Source: Chrysomallon squamiferum
Lineage: Eukaryota > Animalia > Mollusca
Length of the DNA stretch: 64,000 nt
Reading direction: 5' to 3'
Assembly (NCBI GenBank): GCA_012295275.1
Contig: CM022673.1
Coordinates: 27,900,001-27,964,000, forward strand
In this document: in pieces, positions 1 through 27,551 of the stretch
Layout: each line of letters opens with the position of its first letter
How positions within the stretch are numbered: the first letter of the stretch is position 1
Translations under genes and position numbers: made by a program
Notes under the pieces: model-generated
The model's database searches: none
What the model was told of the DNA's origin: nothing
The model's input: only the letters and a program-made list of their open reading frames with translations

Positions 1-27
1 GTGTTATTTATCTCTTTTTCCTTTTTT

Positions 28-143
28 CTTTCTTCTTCTTCTTCTTCTTCTTCTTCTCTATCGTTTTCTTCTTCATCTTCCTCCTCTTCTTCTTCTTCTT
101 CTTCTTCTTCTTCTTCTTCTTCTTCTTCTTCTTCTTCTTCTTC
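28..143. repeat. (TTC)n microsatellite, imperfect
   Basis: Directly visible trinucleotide run; one of dozens of (TTA)n, (GA)n, (GT)n and (TATG)n tracts in the window. Confidence 0.95.
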
Positions 144-1666
144 TCTTTGATCTTGAGCAAATGTCGCTCAAACTAATATCCCACGTTTTCAGCTCAGTGT
201 ACCTCGTCGTTAGAGAAAACATATCTTGCATAACTTCAAACCATTTCTTTCATCATGGTCAAATTGTAGAGAATGGGAAAAATGCCTTTAAGTACCATCC
301 TTGGCCATGACTTAGATTTACAATACACGGTTTCGCCGATCCTTTAAATTCTTAAAAATCTCTGTTCAAGTAATCGCTTCGGCACGTCACAAAGGTGTAT
401 AGCTGTTTACACCTGATCATAAATCAAAAAGGAACGACGAAGGAGAGAGAGAGATACTTGTACAAGGGCTGTAAAAACTGGTCTGTTTAACAAGCGTCTC
501 TGTGAGATCGAGACTCAGTTATAAAGAAAGGGTCTGCAATGTCTGTCTTAACACTAAGATATACGATATGGTTGTACTTTTGAATAGTTTTGATTTGTTT
601 TATTTATGTATTATTTCATTTTTAAAATATTTTTTGTCATTTTTTAAATTATTTTTATTATTGTTTTTATTATATATATAAATAACTTTTTTTTTAAATT
701 TTAAAAAAGATAAAGAAAAAGGATTATTATTACTTTATATGAAAATATATATATCAAAAAAGAATGCTATTATTGTTTTCTTTTATTAATTTGTATCCAT
801 TAATTTATTAATTCATTTCCACCATAAAAAATCAGCTAAAAATTAATTTTTAAAAAACATCATTAAATGAACAGCCCAAAGCTTGTAGGACCGTAGAATA
901 ATAATTAAAAAAATAATAATAATGATAAATAAAAACAAAATAAAAACAAACAAAAAAAAAAAAAAAAAAAATAAAAATAAAAAAAAAAAAATAATAATAA
1001 CATTTACTGTATGTATAGATAAATTACACACACATATAGCATCCAGGAATGCAGGCAACATATTTAATTGTCATATTTGCTGACAGAATTTTTTTTATCC
1101 GGGGAAAAAAAATAAAAAAATAAAGAAAACACAGAAAGAAAAAAAAATCACCATACACAGATAAGGTCACAGAAAGAAAACATTTCATCATTCACTATTT
1201 TCATTACAAACTTCACTAATTAACTCTTTGATACGCACTGATTTAACCTACACCCAAAAATAGCGTTTAAATAATTGAATTTAGTTCGCAGTAAGAAATC
1301 CATTAATTACTTTAACAGGCAAACAGGACGGATTATGCGCAAACAAACCTTTTGTGAATATGGACATACAGGCTGTCGTCCTGTAATGAAATTGCTTCTG
1401 TCGTATTGACTTTACAAGCAGGGAAACGTTATACAGTTCATTTTGTAGAAACATACAGAAAAGGAAATAATGATTATTCCTCAACTGGGTTTTTATCTGA
1501 TGTAGACATTTTTGGTCCCAGTGTCTGATATGGTATTAAAACAGCTAATCCGATATTTTTAAGCTTTGTCGGAAAATAATAAGTGTTCACCTTAGCCACA
1601 GCTGTTAAATGTACAGAAAGTTGGGTTTGGCTGTTAATTAATTTATAAATATTTTTTGTTATTCCA

Positions 1667-1730
<64 letters not shown>

Positions 1731-2493
1731 TAAATATAATTTTTGTTGTTGTTGTTGTAGATAATTTAATGTTTAAAACATTTGAAACTCACGTATATGT
1801 TTGTGGGTAAACATGTGTGTATGTGTTTGTGTGTATGTGACTCAGAGAAATATATCCCCCAAAAATCCGTAAAAGCAAAATTAATATAAAGATAATGTAA
1901 AAATAATTTTAAATTTCATAAACATTTATATTGATAATGTATTCTTTACATTGCAGTTATAATAATTATTGTCTGTGTTATTATATTCCACCTGTCTCAA
2001 TGTCTCTCTCTCACACATATATGTGCAGGCATGCATGCACATGTAAATACAAACTCAGTTCGTACGTATTTGTGTCTGTGTGTCTCTGTATGAACGCACG
2101 TACTCGCACATAAGCATGTGAAAATGAATCACATTTATACGCCTATATTTATTATACGTACAAACATATTTACTAACATAGGCATACACAAACACATAAA
2201 CGAACATTAGATATACACATTCATGTTATCATACACGCATAGTTAATTATGAGATATGTGCTATTATTCAGTTCAAAACTATGTTACGTTGATAATATTC
2301 CTTTTGTAGGATTGCCTGTGAGAAAGCTTATGGCTGCTGTTCCAAAAATAAAAATAAATGATAAGAATAAGTACTAAAGAAATTACCTCATGCATAACTG
2401 AAGCGTGAAAAAGTAACACGAATTTGACAAATAGGCTTGGCTTTAAAGAAAGTTATTTCATATGTGTGTGTGGGTGTGTGTGTGTGTGTGAGA

Positions 2494-2566
<73 letters not shown>

Positions 2567-2943
2567 GTGCGGTAGGGAAATGTTTCAGATACTGTCTGTA
2601 ATAAAATTATCTGAGTAACCAACAGTTTTAACATAATAATAATAAACTGCTTTATTCTAAATTTTCATTTGTTTTATTGTATTTTATTTATTTATTTGTT
2701 TATTATTTGTAATTTGTACAAATCAGTATATCGTCTCTTAAATGATATTTTCCGAATTTTAATATATTAAATAAATTACATAAATGACCTACATTCGTTT
2801 ATTTTCTTATAATTTCGTCATCGCTGTCTGTTATTGGTAAACATTGCACTGGCAACCTTGAAGGGAGTGCCTGTTTGTAAACACAAGATCGGCTCTTTCC
2901 GTATTCCAGCGGAAAATTTAGTCGTTAACTTCCCGGGCTTCTT

Positions 2944-3075
2944 CTATTGGTTGCTGAGTGTGAGTCATGAGGCACGTCAACTATGCACGTTTTCATTCAT
3001 GCCTTTGCGGAAAACTACTACGGCGGGTCAGTGCGAAAGGTATATAAGGTTTTGAATCGGCCATTTGCGATTCAT
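2944..3075 (+). promoter_or_regulatory. Core promoter of the SLC6 gene
   Basis: Inverted CCAAT (ATTGG ~2946), AP-1 site TGAGTCA 2961-2967, CRE-like CACGTCA 2973-2979, TATATAAG 3041-3048, Inr-like TTCATT ~30 nt downstream, then ATG at 3130. Confidence 0.65.
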
Positions 3076-3129
3076 TTAAAAAATCTGAGTATACGAGAAA
3101 ACGTAAATATAAAACAAATTTAAAACATT

Positions 3130-15202
<12,073 letters not shown>

Positions 15203-15534
15203 AGATGCTGTGATGGTACAACTATGACTTTGGCTTTCGTTTGCGAATCAGTGTCTGTGATTACGAGCAGACGGTTGTGATGGCAGACTGCCTTCTGCGC
15301 ATAACCGGAACAGTTCTGCGTATTGTTAGTGAAGCGAACAGGAAGCCGGAACAAACTGTCCCGCAGTAAATAAGAGTAATCCCGGTGATTTTGACACATC
15401 CTGTCAGCGAATAACTGAGGTGCTGATGTTTTACCTAACTGCGTGAATATTTTTGAAATGAATTTATCGGGAAACTACAGTTAAAGAAAACGTGTTACAT
15501 GAAAAACATTAGTCAACGGATGCGCATTAATAAC

Positions 15535-15604
<70 letters not shown>

Positions 15605-18600
15605 GTAATAGTAATAATAATAACAACAACAACAACAATAACAACAAGATACTGGTTATTTTCTTAAAATCTGGAATATTTTATAACATCCATATTAGCT
15701 GAATAGAGACCTAGTACTATAAAACTTAATTCTGAGGAAATCCATGTGTTTCAAGGCTCATAACAAATCAGGTGAAATACAAATAAAAAAAGCCAATCCT
15801 GTTTCAACTACCAGTTCAAAGATAATCGAAATGTGTATAAGGTGTCCCAGGCATTTCTGAAAATTAAGAATGATTCATTATGAATTATTTTTTTTTTTTT
15901 TTAATGTATGGAGGTGAGGGGGATGGATATTAGTAATGATTACTGGTACCAAGGCAATAAAATCCAGTTTCACTTTACAACAAATATCACTGCCGTATAG
16001 TCCACCCAAGATTAACCGCACAAACTACATTTATTATTCCACGTTAATGCTCTACAGAAATAGTACAATCAAGTTTTAGTCAAAACAGTTTGACGGAATT
16101 TTATATGTCTTCAAAAGCAGTCAAAAACAAATTGTTGAATCTCTTCGTTAGTCATTTTCTATTTAATTCTCAATTTATAGAAATGAAAATTTATTTTTTA
16201 TATATTTTTGTAATAACATTTTTTTTATTTTAAAAATCTTTTTGTTGACGATATATTTACTGGAAGTCGTTTATTACTTTTAAAACATTTTGTTTTATAG
16301 TTTTACGCTACAAATATAATTTTATTTACATGTTATTTTTTGAAAATATCGAATATGTGAACATGTTTGTGGGTGTCTGTAGTTTATGAGTGTACGTGTG
16401 CATGTGTGTTTCTGAAGAGAGTATCTTTAATTTATCTGGAAATGGAGTGAAAGCTTTGATCAAAATGCGACTACCCAAAAGGCCAATAAAAACTACTTCG
16501 GCATACGAACTCTCTGACAAATAGTAAGCTTCATTGATCATTGAAATTCTCCACGAACATTTCGAAGAAAGAAAACAAAAATAAAAAAAATAAAGATTAA
16601 AAGAAAGAAATGAAAGAACGTGTGTAATAGAATTACTTTTAAGAGAAGAAAATTATTTACACAAGAAAAATATTTGATTTGTTTAATATTCTGAAGATAT
16701 TTTGTGATGGCGTTTATAATCACATTAAGCAATGGAATTATACATTTATATTGTGTATATTATACGTATGTATATATTATAGAACGCGTAGCAATGCAAT
16801 AAATATATATAATATTGTTAACATGTGCATATATAGATATGTGTTGTTGGTTGTTTTTTCTGTTATTCAGTGCGAAAAAGGAATAAACTTATAGTTCCTT
16901 ACATAAAATTATTTGTTGTATGTTAACATTTTGTGTGTATAGATAGATAGATAGATAGATAATACAAAATATTTATGGATTTGCATTAGTTTGCAGTAAA
17001 TATATTAGTATTAGTATTATTTTATTTCATTTTATTTTATTATTATAATTTTATTTTATTTTATTTTATTATTATTATTATTATTTTATTTTATTTTATT
17101 ATTATTATTATTATTACTTTTTATTTATTTATTTATTTTATTTATTTATTTATTTATTTACTTACTTATTTATTTATTTACTTATTTACTTACTTACTTA
17201 TTTACTTACTTATTTTATTTTATTTTATTTTTGGAATAAGACCGTGTATGCTATAATACGCAAGAACCCATGTTCACTAATGCACTATTATTAAGGTGTA
17301 TGATTGAGTGTTGAGGCTTGAACAGCAGTAAAACAGCGTGCAGTCTGTAAGACTAGCGAGCCGCCTGTATGAAACCCTCCAGATATTAACAGTACTGTGA
17401 ACCATCACGATAGACTTCCAGTAAATAACTGCCTGACCTGTTTGTCAGACCAAACTGGCAGATAAGACTGAGCCTTTCTTCAGTTACTGTAATAGAGTAT
17501 AAATACTAAAGATATTACTATGCGATATGTTTTGGGATCGTACATTTGTGGAAGTATCAGATACATAGAAAATATTTTTCTCATCATCATCGTTTCTATT
17601 AGACACTGCGTTTTTTTCATCATTATCATAATCATTATTGTTGCAGTTGTCATCATCATAATCATCATTATTATCAACATCATTATCACACAATCTATTT
17701 AAGCTTATTCCAATCCAGATATCAAATGATTCGTACGAAACTTTTTCGTTTCTTTCTATAAAACTTAAATAAAAAGCAAATTTAAAATCAGCTTTTTTAT
17801 TCTCTTTAGTTAATGTACTCAATTTATAAAATAACTCATTTGTTATTCCGGATTTAATTGAGAAACAATATCAGCGCTAATTAAAATTTTAATATATATA
17901 CACATAAATTATACTTATAAAAGGAAAGAGATAGAGGCACGTATTTTTAGATATATGTTCCTAAATAATCGATGAAAAAACCCCGAAAGAAACATCTTTA
18001 CTGTTGGGGACGACTGTAATGCCTATGACGTCGTGAACATTTCCTATCCGCTGTAAAATACTTCGGACTGTTTGAATTATGCAATAACGGTAAGCTTAAA
18101 TAATAATAATAATTATTATTATTGTTGTTGTTGTTGCTGTTGCTGTTGTTATTGTTGTTGTTAATAACAACAAAATATAATAGTTACAACATCAATAACA
18201 GTAATAATAATAATGGATGACGATGTTGATAAAAGAATTTTGAGTTTATGAGAGAAATAAAAAGAGTGTGTATGAGTGTGTGTATGTTGTGTGTATGAGT
18301 GTGTATATTTGTGTGTAAGTGTATACGTGCAGTCTGATACCATGCCAAGCACTTTGCAATACTTCATTAAACTATAACAGATTATAATCATAAAGTAAAG
18401 TTTTAAATTAAATACACTTAGAAAAAGAAAAAAACGAACAACAACAAAAAAATTGAGAGTTCCACTTGAAGATATACCATGCTGTGTCTTTGAAATTGAA
18501 TATATCGACAAATGTTTGAAATTTGAAATAGGAGATTATAGATGAATTATCAATTAGAAACTGGATATGGCTTTTTATTCTAAGTCATTGCTGTGATCTT

Positions 18601-18958
18601 GTTGGTTTTTTTCCCCTGCGGCAGTTTTCGCTGTTGTGTTTACGTAGAGGGATGGGTATCTATGATAAGGCCAAATGTATCATACTTTAAATGATATATA
18701 ATTAGCTTATAAGAAGTAATAAAAAAAATCTTGAGAACATTTGTGTCAGAAACTAAATCCTGCTCAATAAATTAATTAAGTAAAAATCCCTTGAAAAATA
18801 AAACACTAGCAGCCAAAGTCATAAATAAATTTAAATTAAAAGGAAAAGCACCAAAAAACCCCATATTTTGGAATTGTTAGTCAAGCAGTTTTCAGAAAAA
18901 TATGTAGAAATTCCAAATGATATTTGGTTTTTGTTGGGATTTTTTACTTTTATTTTAA

Positions 18959-19031
<73 letters not shown>

Positions 19032-19419
19032 TTACTGTTATTATTTAATCAGTAATGGCTATGAGGCAACTGGTGCCAAAACAATGCGAAATGAAATGAA
19101 AATCTTGTAGCATGTATTGAGTAACATTTCATAACATAGTGAACAAATACACAAATAAAAGACTAAACAGTCTGCTTCGTGAATTCAAACTGCGAGAGAC
19201 TTTAACGATCAAAATAATAAAGAAAGAGAGACCATTGAGATGCTAGAAATCCAAATATTCAGAATTATTTAAGTAAATTCTGTATGTTTGATTTTTTGTG
19301 TCACAAATACAGTTTGATGTACTGATTGATACTGATCACTATCGTAGTCAAAATAATAAAATTTACAAATTACTGTTTCATTACTGCAACGAGTAGGCGA
19401 GGTTCAGGTCATTTTTGTA

Positions 19420-19575
19420 GATGCTGTGGCTTAAAAAGGGATAAAACGTACTAAGAGCTAGGTTCAACACTTCCCAGAATGCATTCTGATCTATTTCCCT
19501 TCCTGGACTATCATAGGCCGTGGTATGTCCTGTCCTGCCTGTAGAAAGGTGGATATTAAAAACTCCTTGGTTTCT
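19420..19575 (+). mobile_element. Degenerate tRNA-derived SINE with a V-domain-like core
   Basis: AGGCCGTGGTATGTCCTGTCCTGCCTGTAGAAAGGTGGATATTAAAAACTCCTTG (19515-19569) resembles the V-SINE central domain as I recall it (GGCCGTGGTATGTGCTATCCTGTCTGTGGGA..GTGCATATAAAAGATCCCTTG); decayed B-box-like GGTTCAAC upstream. Confidence 0.5.
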
Positions 19576-19697
19576 ATCTGATTTACAGAAGTCGACAAAA
19601 CATTAATGCCAGTAACATTTCATATGGAATATGTTTGATATCTAACAACAGTTCAGTAGATAAAAGAATTTATATGTAGCTAATATAGATTTTTTTT

Positions 19698-19735
<38 letters not shown>

Positions 19736-21218
19736 GGTATACATTTATAAATATATTGTTTGTCATGTTTTAAAATTAATGTCTATTTATTTTTTTTATG
19801 TTATTTTTTATTTTTATTTTTTTTTATTTTAGTTTTTGCATGTATTTTCTTTGTAACTGAACTAAGAAGTAAACAATATCATTGGTATCGGAATGGCTAT
19901 AAATTATTTGTCATAGCGGTTACTTGTGTCGTTTTATTTAACTCAGCCTTCTTTGCAGTATTAACTTTATTCTGTTTGTCTCATTTCCATTCGAGGAAAC
20001 ACATTTTGTAGTTTAGGGCATTGTTCTTTTTTTGTTTGTTTGTTTTTTTTGGGGTTTTTAAAATATAAGACAACGTTCTGCTTCGCTGGTTACAGTATAT
20101 ATTTACGCACATGCGTACACATGCGTCACGTTTTGTTTGAACTCCAGCTTTTATAAAAAGTCAGTCATTCTTACCTAACAAGTTCAAGAAATCGAATTAA
20201 TCATTATTTACTATAAGATTACATTACAGCCATCTTATTTCATATACAGAACGTATTAATTATTTAAATCAAATTACCTTTTATATATCATCGAAATGTA
20301 TCTTTCGTACGATATGAAAAATATCAAACATCTAATAATTAATTTATACGGCAGAGTGTGCACAGTTCAATATATGTGGTCAAAACCATACGCGGTTCAG
20401 GGATGGGGGGGGTGTGGAGATACACGAGCTAGGGCTTTCTCCTCTCATTTATTCTTTATTTTATTTGTAATGAAAATTATTTTATGTTGACAGCAATAAC
20501 AAAGAAATTGGGGCGCCATGCTTTTGAAGAAAATAAAAAATATTCACGATTTGATAACAAGAAAACTTGGTTCCACAAAGCATTTCGATGAAACGCGATA
20601 ACAAAAACCCATTGATTTTATTTCTTTGTTTGTTTGTTTTTCTTATTTTATTACCAAACTAGCCGAAAACATTATTTTTGTTTCTCCCTTTTGATCAGAT
20701 TACATTTTCGCTTCTGGTTTTCGAATGCCGATATTTTCATGCATTTCGTGCGTCGAGTTTTGAAACGCCGCTTGAATGGCAAAATGATCACAACAAGGAC
20801 GTGCAAATGTCACAAACTGCCACAGGACCAGCAGACCGGCATTTGTTATCAATTATTGATAGGTATGCGAAAGAAAAAACAAGATGGCGGCCAACACCGA
20901 AATTCTGGCAAATTTGACTGAAGTTTTGTTTAGCTTAATCTTCTTGGTTTTGAGAACTATTTGTTAACAATGCTTTTGGTTGAATAGTCACTGATTCTGT
21001 CAAAAATTAATGATTGACGTATCATCGTGTCATCGTAATAGCTATAACTGTAATCCTTAATATTATTATAATTAATTTATTACTATTATTATTATTATTA
21101 CTTACTTACTTACTTTTCTATTCTTTTTTTACTTGTTGTTGCTGATGTCGTTGCGGTTAATGTTGTTATCATTATTATTATCATTATTCTCAAATCATTA
21201 TCATCATCATCATCATCA

Positions 21219-21251
<33 letters not shown>

Positions 21252-21305
21252 TCTCTGAAGCAAGTATTCAGTAATTTGAACAAACTATCAACACATTAAA
21301 TAGAA

Positions 21306-21345
21306 CAGAGGCGCGCAAACTTTTCTGATCATGAAGGCCGCAGAG
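21306..21345 (+). mobile_element. hAT (Charlie/Buster-type) terminal fragment
   Basis: CAGAGGCGCGCAAACTTTT...GAAGGCCGCA resembles Charlie-type TIRs (CAGGGGTGGGCAAACTTTT) and is preceded by the 8-mer AAATAGAA, fitting the nnnTAnnn target preference. The other end was not found. Confidence 0.4.
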
Positions 21346-21780
21346 CTTTAACTTCAGTGGCACTACGACAGCAAAAATTTCATTGTGATTACGTAAAATG
21401 TGAAAGCGTAACAAATATGATTTTCCATAATTTTCTAACAATGAACCTCTGTGACTTAAAATGCTGCATATAAATAATTGGTGAGGTTTACGTTTCCATG
21501 AGAATTGACTTCATCCTTCTGTGATTACCATAAAAGTCGAAATAAAACAGTTATTAATATTATTTATGACTTTTATTAAATAACAACTTTAAAACTGTCG
21601 GATGTAATAATGAATACTGAAAGAAAAATACAACAACAACATAAAGACAAAATAAACAAAACAAAACAAAGGAAAAATAACGAACGAAGTTTTTAAGTTT
21701 AGAATCAGACTGAAATTTATTTAAGCTGTTATGAATTAGATTACAGTAATTTCGTCTAAATAAAATCAGGGTTATTTTTA

Positions 21781-21885
<105 letters not shown>

Positions 21886-22740
21886 TGTTATTAACTAAGC
21901 ATTATTTAAAATTAAAATAAATAGTTCAAATTCAAAATAAATAAATCAAATACATAGTATCAACTTATTTTGATACTTTTTAACGTCATTCGCATAGAAT
22001 ATATTGTTTAAGAGAATTTTGGAAAAAAAATCCAAATTCTATTTGATAAAACGTAAAAGCTTAACAGATTTAAAAAAATTAAAAATACTTATAAATTAAT
22101 ATTGTGAACTGTACCTGGATAAATTATATATCAAATATAATAATAATAATAATAATAATAATATAAAATATATAAAATCTTCCTAAATTTTTGTTTTGAA
22201 AAAGTTCAGACGTGAAATTAAATTAACTTACGTAATTAATATATTAGAAGTAGAAGAAAAAGAAGTAGTTGTTGTAGTTGTAGTAGTAGTAGCAGTTACA
22301 GTTATCACAGTAATAATAATACTTTAATAGCTTAAGTATTATTTCCTTTATTTATTAGTTTACTTTTTATTATTTTATTTTATTTTATTTTATTTTATTT
22401 CATTTTTTTAATTTCATTTTATTTTATACTGTTTACTTATTATGTTTATTTAGCCTTTGATCTTTTCAACGAATATACAAATATTTTCTGTGATTTAAAA
22501 AAAAAAAAAAAAGTTTTTAATAAAAAATAGCAATTCTTTTAAAAAGATTTTTTTTTTTTTTTAAATTCTGGTTTAGTATTCATTCTTTACTCTGTGCATT
22601 GAAAAATTACTACATAAAACATTCCATAATACAAACTAGACGCCGTAGATGAGTTAATTGTTGTTCAGTTATAGAAAGTAGTATCAGCCGGAAGCTGTGC
22701 ATGTTTTTGCACATGCGCACATTCCTTTCCTCGTCTCTGT

Positions 22741-24018
22741 TCAGTAAGACTTGTAGCGCCCTCTGATGGACCCCTGGCGCAGCAACTGAAAAGAATATAA
22801 AATGTAATAGCTTTAAATATTGATCCTTGTTTTCATATCAGTTTTCATTAATTTCTATGTAGTAATTCAGCTGTATTGAGTTAAAGCACTACAGAAGCAT
22901 CAAAATAACGGTTATCTGATATTCAGCCAATTTCTTCTTTTTAAAATGTCATAAACATTTAAACGATTATTCGAAACTGTGGTATAATAGAAAATTGAAT
23001 CGTTAGCATGGAATAAAATCAACTTTGTCGTAAAAGCTTGTTCTGAATTTAATAAACCTGTATGGCCTTAGATACACGTGAAAATTCCATTTTATATGTA
23101 GGATAGGCCTGTCTGGATTAAGATCTTATGAGACTCTAAGCGCTAACAAGATTTTGGTGCCACCATTTGAATGTAATCATAAATCATAAAATAAACTGTA
23201 TTTTTTGAAAGGAAACAAAACCTAGAGTAAGCTGGGAAATAAAATTTACTCTTATGTACTTCCACTATATTTACATTTTGAAACTTTTCTTCTGTTATTT
23301 TTTAATGCTAAAGTGGTCAGATCCTCAGAACGTATTTTGCTGTCATTATCATCATCCTCTATCATAATTTGTATTATTATTATTATTATATATATACACT
23401 CACGCACGGACTTTTTCCAGTTATTATGGATGTCATGGAAGCGTATGTGATGGTTGCATAGATAACGTAAAGTAACGAACTTACTCGACTGGAAGGGCGA
23501 CATCTTCCGAAGACGGGGTTAAAGGCGAAGCCAGACTTGCAGAGTTGTCGCTTAGAAGGCGAAGGAACAGTGAGGAGTTTTTGTAGGACAGCTAACTCTT
23601 CTGGCGTCAGTCCCAGGTCTTCTTCGGACAGACTTGCGTCACGACGATTTCTGACGTCATCACCTCTGACGTAGAAATCTACACAAACGAAAAGTAAATT
23701 ATTATTTTTACTGTTGCTATGACTATGACTATTACTGATGCTACTGTTGCTATTACTGCTACTACTAGTAGTAGTGTTATAACTTGTTACTGCTTCTATA
23801 ATACTACTACAACTACTATTACTACTAATTCTACTACTACTACTAATTCAGATACTTATACTACTTCAACAACAACTAATACTATTACTTTCACTATTAT
23901 TACAACTATAACGACAACTATTATTACAAGTACTACTACAGTCGCTACTACTATTACTAAAATAACTACTACTACTTCAGCTATTTTAAGTGACTGCTAT
24001 TTAGCACGGGTGTATGTC

Positions 24019-24083
<65 letters not shown>

Positions 24084-24311
24084 CTACCTTTTTTTTTCTC
24101 TATGGGAAAAAAACCTATATAAATACCACTAGAAATTTAATTACGTGTTTTCTTAATACTATTCATACACAATTTGAGTTAACGTTTTTCAGAACTTTTT
24201 TCTTTTTTTTCATCTCAAACTAATACACTCACAGAAACAAACGTCTCAACTCATTAACGGTAATGGAACGAACAAATGTTCTGCAGAAACAACGGGGGAG
24301 TGGTGAATGGG

Positions 24312-24350
<39 letters not shown>

Positions 24351-24671
24351 TCTTTGTCCTTTATTGCCATCAAGCGCATGGCTGCACCATATCCCATAAA
24401 CCTTTGCGTAACGAAGCGCGCGCCAGATGCGAAGCGTGCCGCGCTATTCCCTGTGTGCACATATGTCTTCATTTCTCCGCATCGCGTTATAACGCGTATC
24501 GTGTCCTGTAAAGCCCGGCTCCGTATCCCAGGCCACGCAATGTTCATCGACAACAAGCAGCTCATTTCTCATTACTGGCAAACCGAAAAGTGGCCTGCCG
24601 CAAAATTATAAATTAATTTAGCGTTACAATGATAATTGTTGCTTTACGTGATGTTGCCAGCTAATCCCTGG

Positions 24672-24702
<31 letters not shown>

Positions 24703-27491
24703 TTTTTTTTTTTTTATTGCATGCTGTTATTGATGTTGATGAGTAAAAGACAGTAAGCACGTTGTTGTTGTGTGTGTTTTTGGTGGGGGTGTTATGTAAT
24801 TCTTGAACAGACATGAATACAAGTACTTTAAGAGAACGGCTAATAATAGTGATTCTTTGAAGCCGAGAAACACAGAACTAAACATTCATCCATATATATA
24901 TGACAAGACAACGACAAGAACAATAATCCTTATAATCATCATCATCATTATCATCATCATCAACATCTGCTTGGCAAACCAAATCAGAATATTAATAACT
25001 CTAAAAAGATGGAGGGGGACATGAATCATGTCAAACCAATATTTCAGTAAAACTGTGGAAGACAAAACACTTTGAAAGAAATACACCGTTACAGGACAAC
25101 CACTGACAGCAAAATCATTAATCAGTACGACAAGAGCGCAAGGAAAAAAACACGAGATATGACAAAGACAGGTTTTTAATTTTATTTTCTAAGACAGCTC
25201 TAATGACAGATGAGCCAGTTCTGTTTCATGAACATTTTTTTTTATTTTTGTTTTTATTATTATTATTATTTTTTTTTTTTTTTGTTGTTGTTGTATTGGT
25301 AATATTAGAAAGAACAAGTTAAAGGGAGAAATGAATACATCGGTTTGACATTATGATCGGTTTGATAGCTAAATCAATCAAATTAATCAGCAACCGTTGG
25401 TGGTTTTAGCACGCCTGTCATGGCCACTCTTTTCCAGCAGCTTTGCGTTTCTCTTGGCATGTATGTTACAGAATTAGAGAGAAAACAAAAAGGTGTTATT
25501 ATTTTATTTATTTCTCGTATAGAAAGCATTAGAAAGCAATAACTGAGTCTGTGGTTTAACCTTTTTTCTGCTGAAGGTTTAATAGGGAGAGGAGAGGTTT
25601 TTCTGTGTCTCATTATTTGCGTGGTGGTTAATGATACATATGTGTGTGTGTTTTGTTTTTTCGTTTTTTCCTTCTCTCGTTCCATCTACCTCTGTCTATC
25701 TATGTGTATGTCTGTCTCTATTCTCTACCTATCTATATATCTATATGTCTGTTTGTCTGTCTGTGTCTGTCTTTTTTTTCTCTATCTTCTGTTTTTATTT
25801 TTCTTTCTTTCTTCCTTTCTAACATTTCTGCCGCTTCTTGAGTCATTCTCTTTTTTTCAATTTATTTATTTATTTATTTTTATTTATTATTATTATTACC
25901 ATCATCATCATCATCTTTTCTTTATTTTAATATAATTTTAAATCGGGTGATTATAATTAGAGACATTAAAAAAAAAAAAAAAAAAAAAAACTCTTTCTCC
26001 ATAAATACTACTTACAACTTGATTTGTTTCCGAATCCCTTAATTCTGTCCTTTCTCCATTATTACTCTCTGGACTCGTAAAATAACGAGAACACTAAACA
26101 GTTATATAGATTACCGTTCCTTCGTGCACCTGCTTCATTTTACGAGAAGCTAATTCATTGCCAGAATGCTTAAGAATACTTGTGAATGGATCGTTTAAAG
26201 AACAGCAAATAGGAGGAGCGGATACAAGATTTGAAAAACAGAGAGGCTACGTCATCTCAGCCAAATGGGTTTCTTTATTTAAAGAATAATAAAAAAAGTA
26301 AATAAAAAGGGGGGAAGGGAAGAAATATCTGTCGATTCTCCGAAAAATTATAGTAAAATAAAAATAAAAATAAAAATAAAAATAAAATAAAAAATAAAAT
26401 AAATGATTTCTGTAGGTGTATATAAATTAAATGTGTTTCACATCCCATCAATAAGGAGCGAACTGCTTTCCTAAGGCATTGTGGGATATTCGTTCAGTCT
26501 TCCGTCATGCGCACTATATGATATTTCACGTTACCGTTAGTTTCCATAAAATACATTACCACCTGTTGGAAACTGGATATGTAGTAAGCGAACCCTTGCT
26601 GTTAACAGGTAGAAAATTAACAGATGGAAATGAATATCAGATACAGGTGTATTACACGGAAGGCATTAACTAGACGCCTAATATCAGTTAATAATAGTAA
26701 AATACGTTGAGGTGTCGTTTATTCAAACTATAATAAGTCATATGTCGTATTATTTAACATCACGATTATGGGACAGTTCTCCGCTTTTTTTGTTGTTATT
26801 ATTATTATTTATTTATTTATTTTATTTATTATTATTTATTTATTATTATTTATTGTTTTGTTTTTTTAATTATTATTATTATTTTTGTTTTTTTTCTGTA
26901 ATCACGGAGGTAACAAAACAAAGCGCTTGTGTATATTTTTTTAGTATTAGTGTGTGTGTGTGCGTGCGTGCGTATATATTATTATTATTATTATTATTAT
27001 TATATTATTATTATTATTATTATTATTGTTGTTGTTGCTGTTGTTGTTGTTGTTATTTTGTTGTTATTATTATTATCTATCTATCTATATATATTTTAGC
27101 CTGCATTCTTTTCACGAATCTTTCTTTTAGGTCACATCGACTTGAATGAGCGGAAGGAAGGGACGGTGTAATAAGAACACTCGACTGGAAAGAATTAACA
27201 AATGACGTCTGCTTTAGATCAATATGTGAGCAAACGAGAGAGAATACGTACGGGTGTTTTGGAAGTAATTGCTTGGTTTTTCTCAGGTTTGTCTGCGTAC
27301 ACACGGTGCCACTAGAGAACGCCGAGCAAGTTTCTGTCAACCGCTCAAAGAGTTGACGTCATCTCATTTTTTTTCATAAAGATGGAGGATCACGCATGCG
27401 CACTGTGTCTCCTATGCGAGTGTTTGCAAAGGAACTGACATTTTAATAATAATAATAAAAAAATGTTTTAATAAAAATAACAACAACAACA

Positions 27492-27551
<60 letters not shown>

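Noticed and set aside
24254-24611. Three overlapping 82-111 aa ORFs
   Set aside because: Open only because of a poly-T run plus a GC-rich patch; no splice sites or motifs; lies inside an intron.
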